A DNA stretch of 64,000 bases, taken from contig JBBSQY010000003.1 of the NCBI GenBank assembly GCA_038243585.1, positions 32,001-96,000 of the forward strand, written 5' to 3'. Shown here in pieces: positions 30,473 through 40,561 of this stretch (its first letter is position 1; every line of letters begins with the position of its first letter). This DNA comes from Candidatus Sumerlaeales bacterium. Lineage in GTDB: Bacteria > Sumerlaeota > Sumerlaeia > Sumerlaeales > Sumerlaeaceae. The notes below the pieces were generated by a model. It saw only the letters and a program-made list of their open reading frames with translations, did no database searches and was not told the DNA's origin. The translations under genes were made by a program, and so were the position numbers.

Positions 30473-30940
30473 TTATACCAACATTTTCAGTTCATCGATG
30501 ATTTCGTCGATATGCCCCTCGACTTTTACCCGGCGCCAGATTCTGACGATCTTCTGGTCAGGACTGATTAAAAAAGTCGATCGTTCCACTCCGATTATTT
30601 TGCGGCCATACATATTTTTTTCTTTCCACACACCATAATCCAGAGCTGTCCGATGATCCGGGTCGCTGAGCAGAACAAACGGTAGATCATATTTGCTAAT
30701 GAATCTGTCATGAGAACGGAGGTCATCTGGGCTGCACCCGAGGATGGTTGCGCCAAGGCCAGTTAATTTGGCGATGAAATCTCGAAATGTGCAAGCTTCG
30801 CGGGTGCACCCAGGCGTGTCGTTTTTCGGGTAAAAAAACAGCACTATATATTTATCCGGATAATCAGCAAACGTCACCGTCCGCCCGTTAGACGCGTCAG
30901 CATTTATCGCCGGGGCGGGATCTCCAGAAGCTAGCTCCAT
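30473..30940 (-). CDS. bcp: Peroxiredoxin Bcp/PrxQ
   Basis: LFFYPKNDTPGCTREACTFRD, YGVWKEKNMYGRK, ERSTFLI; GAGG RBS. Confidence 0.95.
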   Translation of the reverse strand: MELASGDPAPAINADASNGRTVTFADYPDKYIVLFFYPKNDTPGCTREACTFRDFIAKLTGLGATILGCSPDDLRSHDRFISKYDLPFVLLSDPDHRTALDYGVWKEKNMYGRKIIGVERSTFLISPDQKIVRIWRRVKVEGHIDEIIDELKMLV

Positions 30941-30997
30941 TTAGTAAGTCCTCGTTGGTAAGTAAAAGCATGAGGGCTTACCAGCCTTATCCGAGTG

Positions 30998-32170
30998 TTA
31001 TTGTCCGGCGGATGGCGAAAGTCTTGTAAGAAAATTTCGGGCAACAACGAAGAACATTGTAAGTATCGCCGCCGCTGCTGCGGCAACCGCGGCGCTTGTT
31101 ACGCGCTTTGGCCACACGCGGGCTTCAGGGGTAACCGGCATGGACAATGCACGTATATCTCCTCCTCCCGGCAGATCGCTTTCTGTCATGACATCTTTAT
31201 AAACGGCCGAAGATACGGCAAAGCGTGATATTGCTTCGTTGATCGCAGTCTGATTGGCTTTAAGCATAATCAGTTGTCGTTTGATATTCGCCTCTTGGAA
31301 AACCGCGTCCGCCAGTCCTTTTTCTGCTTCTGTGATACTGGATTGCGCATCTTGAACCGAAGTCATAATTGCATTCAACTCCGCGGTGGAAGTAAGTTGA
31401 ACGTCTCCCGCTCTTGTTCGCAACAACCCTTCACTGTACCGCTCCAAAAGGCCGGGCATCATGCGAGGACTTCTCATTGCAAGGTCAAGAGTTATACGAT
31501 CGCTATCTGGGTCTCGCAGCGTCAGCCGTGATGGTGACAATAAATCCAGCTTTTCTGCAAGAATTTTCCGCTTATAGGGGAGGTTGGATTCCGCCTCCGC
31601 CGCCAACAGCTCAAGCTTGGCAATTTCCTGATCCAAAGCTTCCTTCTCCAAAAGGAAGGCATCTCGCTTGCTCACGGCTTCCTGGGTCATATAGTTTCCG
31701 AACTGCGAAACGAAATTCCGTATCCACCGGTCCATAATGTACCGGGTTTCGCTGCTGCCGCGCGCCTCAACCTGGAGACTAAGCACGGGAGAAAACTCTT
31801 TACGCACGCTAGTATCCTGAAGCACAAATGTTTCCACATCAAACTGCTTTGCAAACCGTTCTACCGGAGGACTGGATTCCAGATTAAACGCCTTAACATA
31901 GTCGTTTCTGACTTTTTCGATTACGGACTGGCTTTTTAACAAAGCGACCACTGTTTCAGGATTGGGTGTTTCTGCGTCGGGCGCGCTGGCTAAACGGTTA
32001 ACAAATAATTCCGAGTTAACGCGAAAACTGGACGGTACGAAAATTAACGCGAAGTAAACCAGAATTGCCGTAACGAGGGCAACTCCAACAATCAGCCACT
32101 TTTGTTGCCATAATATGACAATGTACTGATCGATAGGGTCTTTTGTGTCGTCGCGGCGAATTATGGGCAT
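30998..32170 (-). CDS. Second polysaccharide co-polymerase (Wzz-like), short form
   Basis: LWQQKWLIVG+TM1, ALLKSQSVIEKV, coiled coil, PVTPEARVWPKR before TM2; start set at ATG 32170. Confidence 0.8.
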   Translation of the reverse strand: MPIIRRDDTKDPIDQYIVILWQQKWLIVGVALVTAILVYFALIFVPSSFRVNSELFVNRLASAPDAETPNPETVVALLKSQSVIEKVRNDYVKAFNLESSPPVERFAKQFDVETFVLQDTSVRKEFSPVLSLQVEARGSSETRYIMDRWIRNFVSQFGNYMTQEAVSKRDAFLLEKEALDQEIAKLELLAAEAESNLPYKRKILAEKLDLLSPSRLTLRDPDSDRITLDLAMRSPRMMPGLLERYSEGLLRTRAGDVQLTSTAELNAIMTSVQDAQSSITEAEKGLADAVFQEANIKRQLIMLKANQTAINEAISRFAVSSAVYKDVMTESDLPGGGDIRALSMPVTPEARVWPKRVTSAAVAAAAAAILTMFFVVARNFLTRLSPSAGQ

Positions 32171-32343
32171 AGAAACTTCCTGTAAAGTGATTACGGGGTT
32201 ATGAGGACCTAAGCAACACGGGTGCAAGCAAAGTTTTTAAAACCTGAAACGGTTGAGCTGCCAGTCAGGTCTCGATTACAAAGGACTGATTATGAGGCAG
32301 AATAGGTATTGCCGGCCACGGTATGAGTTCGTTGCAACCGTAT

Positions 32344-32421
32344 GGTGGGTATAGTTCAGTTGGTTAGAACGCCTGATTGTGGTTCAGGAGGTCGTCGGTT
32401 CGAGCCCGACTATCCACCCCA
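32344..32421 (+). tRNA. tRNA-His (GUG)
   Basis: Cloverleaf with encoded G-1, acceptor GTGGGTA/TATCCAC, D arm GTTC/GAAC, anticodon arm CCTGA-TTGTGGT-TCAGG, T loop TTCGAGC, discriminator C, encoded CCA. Confidence 0.97.
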
Positions 32422-32431
32422 TTTTGCCCCA

Positions 32432-32468
32432 CCCGTTTTGTGTTAAAATTAAAACGGGCATTTTGCTT
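32432..32468. terminator. Probable terminator between tRNA-His and the convergent chaperone gene
   Basis: CCCGTTTT..AAAACGGG inverted repeat followed by ATTTTGCTT. Confidence 0.55.
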
Positions 32469-32480
32469 AATTTATTACTT

Positions 32481-34535
32481 CTAAAACAGAAACTTGAAGT
32501 TTTTTGCTTCAAGGGCTTTTTCTCTTTCCTGATTCTTTTTATACTGATGCTCAGTGCGAGCATAATCCTTCATAACCTGCCGTTTAACCTGTTCAAAAGG
32601 CTGCGCGGTAGGAGGAAGTCGGTCATCTATTCGGATGATCATGACTTCGCTGCCGTAAAGGAACGGTTCGGACACTTCGCCTTCTTTAACCTGTCGAACC
32701 TGGTTTTTAAAAGCTGCTCCGCGAAAGTCCTCTGATACGGTTCCGATTACGCCTCCACGACTGCGGGTGGAAATTGCTTCGCTTTCGCGGCGGGCAAGCT
32801 GAGCAAAGTCCTCTTCGTTTTTAATACGTGAACGAATTTCAGTGAGAGACTTCCGCGCCTCTTCCACAGCTTCTGCCTTCGCGGCAGGAGACAGGGTTAT
32901 ATTAATGCGTTTGCTGAGTTCGCGAAGTGTCACCTGCGCGGAACTGGTATAAGCGTCAATATGGTCATTGTAATACGCTCGCAGTTCGGCGTCAGTAACA
33001 CGATTGTCTTCCGGATTCTGTATATTCTTCTGGTATAGGGCAACAATTGCCGATTCGGCTATGTGCTTGATGATCTTCTGGAATTCTTCATCGTTATCCA
33101 GACCCATAGCCCGGGCGTCGCGGGCAATAACGTAATTAGTAATGAGCGGCGCAACCTGCGCCACTTCCAGCCGCTGCTCACTGGTAAGTTGACCCCAGTC
33201 TTTACCCGTCATGCGCAGATCGCTGACGAATTGCTCCAGCGTATACTGGAAATCTCCCGCGCTTGCAATCACAGTTGACGTAGAGAGCGGGTCAGGCCCC
33301 ATGTAGTTAGGTCGATTAATTGCAGTTTCGTTTAACTTAACGTTGTATTTTTTCCACAGCTCAGTCAGAATTTCCTTACGAGTTTCCTCAACGGTCTGGC
33401 GGCGCATGTTTTCATCGCCAGTTACCTGGCCGACCAACTGATCCCGCACCTGAGCGAATGGGGTAATCTGCGTAGTCTCCGAGTCTTGCAATACAAGGAT
33501 ATTTAAGCCTGCGGGAGTCTGGATTACCTGGCTGATAGTAGTAGTTTTAAGAGAAGCAGCGGCTGCTGATAAGTCATCCCAATAACCAGCTTTGGAAGAA
33601 ATAAGAATCTGCTGGGTGGCTGTGACAGGGAAATCCGTGTCGGTGTTCTCAGAGACTATTTTATCAAGGTTTTCGCCCGCCGCGACTTGATCGCGAAGAG
33701 TTTCTGCAAAAGCCGTTGCTGACGAAACGGCTTCGGCATTGCGCGGAACGAACAGCACTTCGCCTCCTTTAAGCGGAGATGAAAGCACGTCGTCCTGCAT
33801 TTCCACAGGAGTTTGACGCAGATAGAACGGGGACGCCGCCTGACGGATAAGGGCGGCGTTGGCCGCATCGCCAGACACAGCTTTGGCTATATCGGCTATT
33901 GTGTCTCCCTCTTCGGCCGTTACCATTTCATAAGTGCTTACGTGAAGGGCGCGGATAATTGTCTGCGCCGGTCTGGTAAATTGGGAATCCTTGTTTTTAT
34001 CGTAGTATTCTCTGGCAGCATCTACGGTCAACTCGTCAAGGCGAGGCATTATTTGATTTTGATAATAAGTCCGGTTAAGTAGGTTTTCTTCCTGAAGAGC
34101 GACGGCCTTAGCTACTTCTGGCGTATTTTCATTAATTCCGGAATCTTGAGCCTGTTTTAATAAGATTCTTTCCCACACCAGATTTTTGATAATTTCTTTC
34201 TGTTGGGAGGTGGAAAGAACTGCGAACTGTTCCGGGGGCATTGTGCGAATGCCGGCAGGTTGTTTGACGGCCAGGGTGGCGCTGACTTCGACGTTTGTAA
34301 ATTGGCCGCCGTCCCAGCGGGCCACCTCAACCGGTTCATTTTGGGCAAAAAGATTCTTGCTTGCAGCTATGCCCGGCGAAGCAGTTGTATCATCTGCAAT
34401 AGGAGTTGTTAGCACTGCGCGCTGTGCTGCCTTGCTGGCTTCGGTATCGGCCTTAATAGCGCCTTCTTGCGCAATGGCCTGCGTACCGCCTAATGACAAC
34501 GTTAAAAACAGAAATGCCAACCTGGATTGTCGCAT
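32481..34535 (-). CDS. Exported PrsA/SurA-like parvulin chaperone, internally duplicated, with LysM-like insert
   Basis: Signal peptide; two (helical N-domain + parvulin) modules (AREYYDKNK..F / LRAYYNDHIDAY..DFAQLARRESE..SRGGVIG..GEVSEP..PFEQVK). Confidence 0.8.
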   Translation of the reverse strand: MRQSRLAFLFLTLSLGGTQAIAQEGAIKADTEASKAAQRAVLTTPIADDTTASPGIAASKNLFAQNEPVEVARWDGGQFTNVEVSATLAVKQPAGIRTMPPEQFAVLSTSQQKEIIKNLVWERILLKQAQDSGINENTPEVAKAVALQEENLLNRTYYQNQIMPRLDELTVDAAREYYDKNKDSQFTRPAQTIIRALHVSTYEMVTAEEGDTIADIAKAVSGDAANAALIRQAASPFYLRQTPVEMQDDVLSSPLKGGEVLFVPRNAEAVSSATAFAETLRDQVAAGENLDKIVSENTDTDFPVTATQQILISSKAGYWDDLSAAAASLKTTTISQVIQTPAGLNILVLQDSETTQITPFAQVRDQLVGQVTGDENMRRQTVEETRKEILTELWKKYNVKLNETAINRPNYMGPDPLSTSTVIASAGDFQYTLEQFVSDLRMTGKDWGQLTSEQRLEVAQVAPLITNYVIARDARAMGLDNDEEFQKIIKHIAESAIVALYQKNIQNPEDNRVTDAELRAYYNDHIDAYTSSAQVTLRELSKRINITLSPAAKAEAVEEARKSLTEIRSRIKNEEDFAQLARRESEAISTRSRGGVIGTVSEDFRGAAFKNQVRQVKEGEVSEPFLYGSEVMIIRIDDRLPPTAQPFEQVKRQVMKDYARTEHQYKKNQEREKALEAKNFKFLF

Positions 34536-34805
34536 AAATAAATTGCTCCCTTAGCGTCTGAAATGCATCGGCCCCGGCGCCTGTAATTCTCGTCCCTGAT
34601 ACATGGCCAACCGTCAGTTTGTTCCCATGTAACGGGGCAGGAGCTACTCGGTTCTGTTGAGTTTTGCCGCACAATAAGACTTTCTAAGTCCCATACATTT
34701 ATTGAGTCGCGACCCATATTGAAGTTATAGCTGGTTATTTGTTGCGCGGAATTATGGGAGTGTGTCCCGTAGTCAAAATTGCAGCTATCAAAAAGGAAAT
34801 TATCT

Positions 34806-35480
34806 ATGTCTCAATCGAACATTGTACGCAGCAAGTCCTCACCATGCTGCATCGGATGTATCGTGATTGTAGTTATTGCTGTCGGTTTCAGCCTCGCCAT
34901 GGGCATATATATGTACCGGTTTGCCAAACAGAACATCTCTCTTGTTACAGTCACACAAAAGAATGATCCTGACCTAAGTACGGCCCCAGAAGATCTATTC
35001 CCGGAAACCGTCGGCGACTTCCAACGATCGACAATATCAGATGTTCTTGATAACGTAGCGGTGGTTGGTGATGATAATACAAGCGGAGCTCATGTGGCCC
35101 TGTATACGGATACGGAAGCAAACGCCGTAACCGTGACAGCAATATCAACTGTTGATGCGCATAATGAGCGTGAAAAGGGGATTGGGGTGCTGACAATGGG
35201 CCGCGGTAAGGCGAATTCCGCTGATACGGGCATTAGCGTACGTAACCCGTTTGCGGGCGACGTTCCCGCTACGATCGTAACATGGTCGAAGCCAAACTGG
35301 ACCTTTATGGTGGAGACGACTTCAACTCTGGCCAGCATTTTTGTAGAGGATTTTGCGCCGGGGGTAGCGGTTAATTTGTCTGACGTTATTGAAGCTACAA
35401 CTGCGACAGAAGGATTTGCTACAGGGTTGGAAACAACAGACACCGTGGAGATGGCTCCAACAGAAACACAGTATAACTGA
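34806..35480 (+). CDS. Hypothetical single-pass membrane protein with Thr/Glu-rich tail
   Basis: PCCIGCIVIVVIAVG TM segment; AAGGA upstream of ATG 34806. Confidence 0.65.
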   Translation: MSQSNIVRSKSSPCCIGCIVIVVIAVGFSLAMGIYMYRFAKQNISLVTVTQKNDPDLSTAPEDLFPETVGDFQRSTISDVLDNVAVVGDDNTSGAHVALYTDTEANAVTVTAISTVDAHNEREKGIGVLTMGRGKANSADTGISVRNPFAGDVPATIVTWSKPNWTFMVETTSTLASIFVEDFAPGVAVNLSDVIEATTATEGFATGLETTDTVEMAPTETQYN

Positions 35481-35492
35481 ACCGTTCTGATT

Positions 35493-35538
35493 AAAAAAAT
35501 CCGGGCAGGCTGACTGGCCTGCCCGGAAGATGTTTTGT
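35493..35538. terminator. Bidirectional Rho-independent terminator
   Basis: TCCGGGCAGGC / GCCTGCCCGGA 11-bp stem with an A7 run on the left and a T-rich run on the right, between convergent genes. Confidence 0.85.
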
Positions 35539-37044
35539 TTAAATGTCGATTTGAGCTTTTTGCAATTTGCCGCTATAGTCGACGTACACGCTCTTCCATT
35601 CGGTATAGAAATCGAGCACCGTATGGCTGGCTTCCCGGTGGCCGTTTCCGGTGTTCTTGACGCCGCCGAAAGGCAGTTGCACTTCGGCGCCGATGGTTGG
35701 GCCATTGATATACGTGATGCCTGCTTCGATGTCGCGCATGGCGCGAAATGCGGCGTTTATATCGCGGGTATAAAGGGAGCTGCTTAGCCCGTAGACCGTG
35801 TCATTCAGTACGTCAATGGCTTCATCCAGGTCTTTGATTTTTAATACGCTGAGGACCGGGCCAAAGATCTCTTCCTGGGCGATGCGCATTCCTCGTTTTA
35901 CACCGGTGAAGATGGTTGGCTCGATAAACCAGCCCCGGGCGTAGTCTCCATCCGTAAGCGCGTTCCCACCCAGGGCCAGGCTGGCGCCGTCCTCATTCTT
36001 GCCAATGTTAATGTAATTCATGACGCGGTCGCGCTGAATTTCGTTAATGATTGGGCCCATCTGGATGCCCTTGTGTAGCCCGTTTCCGACCTGGATGCCA
36101 CGGGCGCGTTCGGCAAGCTGCTCCACAAACTTGTCGTGGATCTTTTCATGCAGAATCAGGCGGGAGGTTGCGGTGCAGCGCTGGCCGGTGGTGCCAAAAG
36201 CTCCCCAGAGAGCGCCCTCTACAGCCAACTCGATATCAGCGTCGTCCATAACGATCATGGCATTTTTACCGCCCAGTTCCAAGCTCAGGCGTTTCAGCAA
36301 AGCGCCGGCCCGCGAGCCAATTTCTTTGCCTGTGTTGCTGGAGCCTGTGAACGAGACAGCAGGGATGCCGGGGTGGTCGACGATGGCGCGGCCAATATCG
36401 GCACCCTCACCGCAGATCAGATTGATGGCTTTAGGGGGAAGACCCGCTTCCAACAGAATTTCTACAAACTTTACCGCAGTGGCCGGGGTGTCCTGGGCAG
36501 GCTTTAAAATAGCGGTATTTCCGCAGATGAGTGCCGGGAAAATTTTCCAGGTTGGAATGGCCATGGGGAAATTCCACGGAGTAATCATACCGCACACGCC
36601 GATTGGCATACGCAGGCTCATTCCGAACTTATTGGGAAGTTCGCACGGTACAGTGTCTCCAAAGAGCCGGCGTCCTTCTCCAGCTGCATAATAGGCGGTG
36701 TCGATACCCTCCTGCACGTCGCCGCGGGTTTCTGAGAGAACCTTGCCCATTTCGCGGGTCATCAGCTGCGCCAGTTCTTCTTTGCGCGATGCCATTATGT
36801 CGCCGGCGCGATGAATGATCTGGGCGCGGCGGGGCGCGGGTACCAGGCGCCATTCACGATACGCCTCTTCCGCTGCTGTCACGGCCTCATCCAGTTCCGG
36901 CTTGCCACCTGCTGGAAATTCTCCAATAACATCGTTTGAATCGGCAGGGTTAATGTTTTTAAAGGAGCCGTCCGAACCGGTATCCACCCATTTGCCTGCG
37001 ATATAATTTTTATACTTTTCTACGCCAGATGTTGAAGCACTCAT
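35539..37044 (-). CDS. NAD(P)-dependent aldehyde dehydrogenase
   Basis: ITPWNFP, SFTGSS, LELGGKN, GQRCTATSR, EEIFGPV, YGLSS, LPFGGVK; start at ATG 37044 with AAGGA RBS. Confidence 0.95.
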   Translation of the reverse strand: MSASTSGVEKYKNYIAGKWVDTGSDGSFKNINPADSNDVIGEFPAGGKPELDEAVTAAEEAYREWRLVPAPRRAQIIHRAGDIMASRKEELAQLMTREMGKVLSETRGDVQEGIDTAYYAAGEGRRLFGDTVPCELPNKFGMSLRMPIGVCGMITPWNFPMAIPTWKIFPALICGNTAILKPAQDTPATAVKFVEILLEAGLPPKAINLICGEGADIGRAIVDHPGIPAVSFTGSSNTGKEIGSRAGALLKRLSLELGGKNAMIVMDDADIELAVEGALWGAFGTTGQRCTATSRLILHEKIHDKFVEQLAERARGIQVGNGLHKGIQMGPIINEIQRDRVMNYINIGKNEDGASLALGGNALTDGDYARGWFIEPTIFTGVKRGMRIAQEEIFGPVLSVLKIKDLDEAIDVLNDTVYGLSSSLYTRDINAAFRAMRDIEAGITYINGPTIGAEVQLPFGGVKNTGNGHREASHTVLDFYTEWKSVYVDYSGKLQKAQIDI

Positions 37045-37141
37045 TGCGGTTTCCTTTGCTTTGCGTTTGTGCTTTAATACACATGACGCGTTTATGGTAA
37101 GTGCAAGTGGAAGAATAAGATGTTTTTTAATGGAGGATAAG

Positions 37142-37573
37142 ATGGCTGAAAAAATAATTGATCGAATCGCGGCAGATCGCATTGCCGCCATGAAAGCACG
37201 TGATGCTGAGCGCAAACAAACTCTGGACTACATCCTGGGGGAACTGCAAAAGGCGGAGAAAGCACCTTCGGCAAAGGGAGATACGGCCACTCCGGTGTTA
37301 AAGGCTTATGTAAAAAGCCTAAAGGATTTTATCGCACAACACGGGGAGCAGCGCCCGGTGGAGGCGGCGAGATATCAGAAGGAAATCGATATACTCATGG
37401 ATTATCTGCCGCGTCAATTGTCGGACGAAGAAGTTCGGACGGAAATTTCCGCGATAATGGCGGCGGGTGTAGCGACTAAAGGTCTCGTAATGGCGGAACT
37501 GAAAAAGCGACATGGGGCCGCGCTGGACGGCAGACGTGCGGCAGACATCGCAGGCGAAATGGCTGAAGGGTAA
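37142..37573 (+). CDS. GatB/YqeY domain protein
   Basis: DRIAAMKARD, EIDILMDYLPRQLSDEE, GLVM..LK..DG; GGAGG RBS. Confidence 0.88.
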   Translation: MAEKIIDRIAADRIAAMKARDAERKQTLDYILGELQKAEKAPSAKGDTATPVLKAYVKSLKDFIAQHGEQRPVEAARYQKEIDILMDYLPRQLSDEEVRTEISAIMAAGVATKGLVMAELKKRHGAALDGRRAADIAGEMAEG

Positions 37574-37626
37574 GGAGCAGCCGGTATAATATACGAGTAC
37601 CTGACCGGATGACTAAGATGCGTTAA

Positions 37627-38457
37627 ATGAGCATTCTGAACAGACACATGATGTTCGCGATAGCGGCGCATGGGGCGTTGGCATTTTTGCTGCTGCTTGC
37701 GCGGGCGCCGGAGCCTGCTTCCGCGGCCAACGCCGGACCAGCCGGGCAATTGTTTTTCCGTCTTGTGCCGCCGCCAGAGGGGAAAGCCACGCAGTTTATG
37801 GTATCGACAAATCCGACCGCTTTGCCTCCTCAGGGGCAGGATTCACTGCCAGATGGAGAGCTGGCGAAAGGCGGAGACCTGGATATGCCGGCGGAAACAG
37901 CAGAGGCTGAAATATCAGACTCGGAACTCAGCGAAATTCTTGCTAAGGATCGTGAAGCACTTCGAGCGGAACTTAATCAACTGACGAAAATAGCGCTGGC
38001 TGAACCGTTGCCGAAGGTTCCGTTGCCTATGCCGCCGCCGAACGCGGGCAACAACGGAGGCAGCACCCGGGGCCCGGAGGGCGCTGTGCGTGAGCTTGAC
38101 CTTGATGGCTACCCTGAGGCCGTGGTGGAAGATATCATGCAGAGATACAAGCTGAAAGTGGTGACGCGACATATCGACGGCGGCGGACGGGGGCAAAATT
38201 TCCTAAGTAGCGCTTCGCGGGGAGAGAACGAGCGATATTTTGGTGGGGGACCAGTCCCGTCAGGGGTTTATGAGATTTTTCAATTGAGCCGCGATAGCGT
38301 TGCTGTAATGAGCAGGCTTGAAGAAGACGCGCTGAAAAAACGTGGAATGGAGCCTCTGAAATCCCGGGTCGTTAAAATTGTGTTTGGCATTGTAAAAGAA
38401 GGAAAAGAGAAATACGTATTGGGTGTGAAATCCTTGGAAGCCGAGGTGGTGGAGTGA
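37627..38457 (+). CDS. Hypothetical membrane-anchored protein with TonB-like N-terminus and Pro-rich linker
   Basis: AIAAHGALAFLLL resembles the TonB/TolA anchor (His present, Ser absent); PLPKVPLPMPPP linker; C-terminal domain unassigned. Confidence 0.55.
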   Translation: MSILNRHMMFAIAAHGALAFLLLLARAPEPASAANAGPAGQLFFRLVPPPEGKATQFMVSTNPTALPPQGQDSLPDGELAKGGDLDMPAETAEAEISDSELSEILAKDREALRAELNQLTKIALAEPLPKVPLPMPPPNAGNNGGSTRGPEGAVRELDLDGYPEAVVEDIMQRYKLKVVTRHIDGGGRGQNFLSSASRGENERYFGGGPVPSGVYEIFQLSRDSVAVMSRLEEDALKKRGMEPLKSRVVKIVFGIVKEGKEKYVLGVKSLEAEVVE

Positions 38458-38975
38458 TGGGAACATACGAAGTACTAATTACTAATAATGGATTTCAGCG
38501 ATTCTTGGCAATGGTCGGGGTTGGAGCTGATATTAATACGCCTGACATGACGGCGACCACATTGTTGGTCATCGGTATATTTCTCCTGATGCTGGAAATT
38601 AAGATAGTGAGCCAGGGGCTGATCGGTTTTCTTGCAAGCCTGTGTCTGATTGCCGCCACGGTAATTATCTGGCGCGATGGATCATCATTCTGGGGCGTGC
38701 CGGTCGTGTGGGTTATTCCCGTTATCGGATTAGTGATGGTGCTTGGAATTAGCCTGTCTGTACTGGGCGTGAAGGCTTATCAGGAGAAAGTTGTGTCTGG
38801 GTATGAAGGGTATATCGGGGAGGTCGCTGTGGCTTCTGAAGCACTTGGGCTCACAGGGCAGGTTTTTTTTCGGGGAGCATACTGGCAGGCCGAGAGTTCC
38901 ACCCCGGTCGCAAAGGGAGAAAATGTCCGCGTCGTGGCGGCCGAGAAGCTAAAGCTATACGTAGAGCCGGTTTAA
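38454..38975 (+). CDS. NfeD family protein (short form)
   Basis: TM helices followed by OB-fold SGYEGYIGEVA..GQVFFRGAYWQAES..GENVRVV. Confidence 0.85.
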   Translation: MMGTYEVLITNNGFQRFLAMVGVGADINTPDMTATTLLVIGIFLLMLEIKIVSQGLIGFLASLCLIAATVIIWRDGSSFWGVPVVWVIPVIGLVMVLGISLSVLGVKAYQEKVVSGYEGYIGEVAVASEALGLTGQVFFRGAYWQAESSTPVAKGENVRVVAAEKLKLYVEPV

Positions 38976-39124
38976 GACAGATAAATAACAATGGCATGAT
39001 GCCGGGGCTACTTCGTGGGCTGGGGCATGAAAAACCGAAAAGCTTTGTAGGCGGTTAGCAATAAGTTAATCACAAAAGCGGAGTTCGCTTTTCAATTTTA
39101 TAAAACCGAGGGAATTCGTTACCC

Positions 39125-40345
39125 GTGCAATTTAGTCTTGACCGCTTTTACCGCATAAATCGGCGAGCCCTTATCTGGGTGGCGCTGTTCGGCTTAATAT
39201 ATATTTTGAGGGACTTTTTCGCTCTTATTTTTCTAGCCTTTCTTATCGTTAGCTTCACCCTTCCGCTAATCAATTATCTTAAGCGGGAAACCCGAATTCC
39301 CCGAAAAATGATCATCATATCCCTATATCTGTTTATCTTCGTGGGACTTTGTGGGCTTATTAGTTACGTGGTTCCAAAAGTGAGCACTGAAGCGCTGACT
39401 GTCGTGAACGAACTGTTTTTCCTGCGTGATAAAGTGGATACGGCGCGTTATGATATCGTTGCTCAAAATCCAAATCTCAAACCCGCCATGGCTTTTATCG
39501 ATAAGCTGAACTTTGACTGGCCGGCGTATGTGAAACGGATTCAGGATCAGGGTCAAATCTATTTAAAACAATCAGTCGGTATGGTATTTACAGCTGTAAC
39601 AACTCTTTTTCTTTCCTTGCTCTTTGCATTTCTCGTAGTGCTGGATCTGACGCGCCTTAGGGAAGAAGTGCGTAAACTTGGGCGAAGCCGCCTACATGAT
39701 TTTTATGAGCAAAGCGCTGAGCCGGTAGTACGTTTTGCTGCTGTTATTGCAAGGTCTTTTCGGGCGCAGGCAATGATCGCTATATGCAATACGGTTCTTA
39801 CGTTAGCGGGGTTTTTAATCTTGGGCCTGCCAAAGGTGGCTCTGCTTTCGATTATCGTGTTCTTCTTCAGCTTCATCCCGGTCCTGGGGGTATTTGTTAG
39901 CACTGGGCCAGCGGTATTGGTAGCGTTAAATGCCGGCGGATACGTGCTTGGAATCAAGGTTATAGTTTTCATTGTCCTGATTCATATGATCGAAGCTTAT
40001 ATTTTAAACCCGCTCATATATGGGCAACACTTAAAGTTGAACCCCGTCGTGGTATTAATCATCCTTTACGTGGGGCATCATTTTTTTGGTGTGTGGGGTA
40101 TGTTGTTGGGCGTGCCGGTTGCATACTATTTTATCCATTACGTTTTTCAAGTTCCGGAAGAACCGGTGCGTGTGCCGCTTTCAGAGCCGGAACCACGCGC
40201 AAAGCGCTGGGGTTGGGGGAGGACGCAGTCCTCGCAGTCAAGCGCCGAGGAATCTGCGGGAAATGGCGCGGTTGAAAGTGTAATGCACCAAGTGGATCCA
40301 GAGGTTCCGGTGAAGCCAGTGCCCGGCACCGGCGACATTGCCTAA
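39125..40345 (+). CDS. AI-2E family transporter
   Basis: FSFIPVLG, IEAYILNPLIYG..LNPVVV, FGVWGMLLGVP. Confidence 0.9.
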   Translation: MQFSLDRFYRINRRALIWVALFGLIYILRDFFALIFLAFLIVSFTLPLINYLKRETRIPRKMIIISLYLFIFVGLCGLISYVVPKVSTEALTVVNELFFLRDKVDTARYDIVAQNPNLKPAMAFIDKLNFDWPAYVKRIQDQGQIYLKQSVGMVFTAVTTLFLSLLFAFLVVLDLTRLREEVRKLGRSRLHDFYEQSAEPVVRFAAVIARSFRAQAMIAICNTVLTLAGFLILGLPKVALLSIIVFFFSFIPVLGVFVSTGPAVLVALNAGGYVLGIKVIVFIVLIHMIEAYILNPLIYGQHLKLNPVVVLIILYVGHHFFGVWGMLLGVPVAYYFIHYVFQVPEEPVRVPLSEPEPRAKRWGWGRTQSSQSSAEESAGNGAVESVMHQVDPEVPVKPVPGTGDIA

Positions 40346-40561
40346 TCCGCCCTGCGACAGAATGACGCGCAAACTTAACTTTCAATGACCGAAATGTCGG
40401 ACTTCGGCTGGTTTACCTAAAGTTGACAATACTTATATTATGAGCGAGTTGTTGATTTTAATAGGGTTCCAAACGAACTGCTTTAAATAAAGCTTATGGC
40501 ATATCCTTCGCCTGATACTCTTGCGGATTAACAGTCCGAAAGAATGTTGATGGAGTGATTT

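Noticed and set aside
32344..32480. tRNA-His as an integration site for an island or prophage
   Set aside because: No integrase nearby, no duplicated tRNA 3' end seen, and the flanks are ordinary envelope genes.
37045..37215. Extended starts of the aldehyde dehydrogenase and YqeY ORFs
   Set aside because: They overlap each other; both genes have internal ATGs with good RBS (37044 and 37142).
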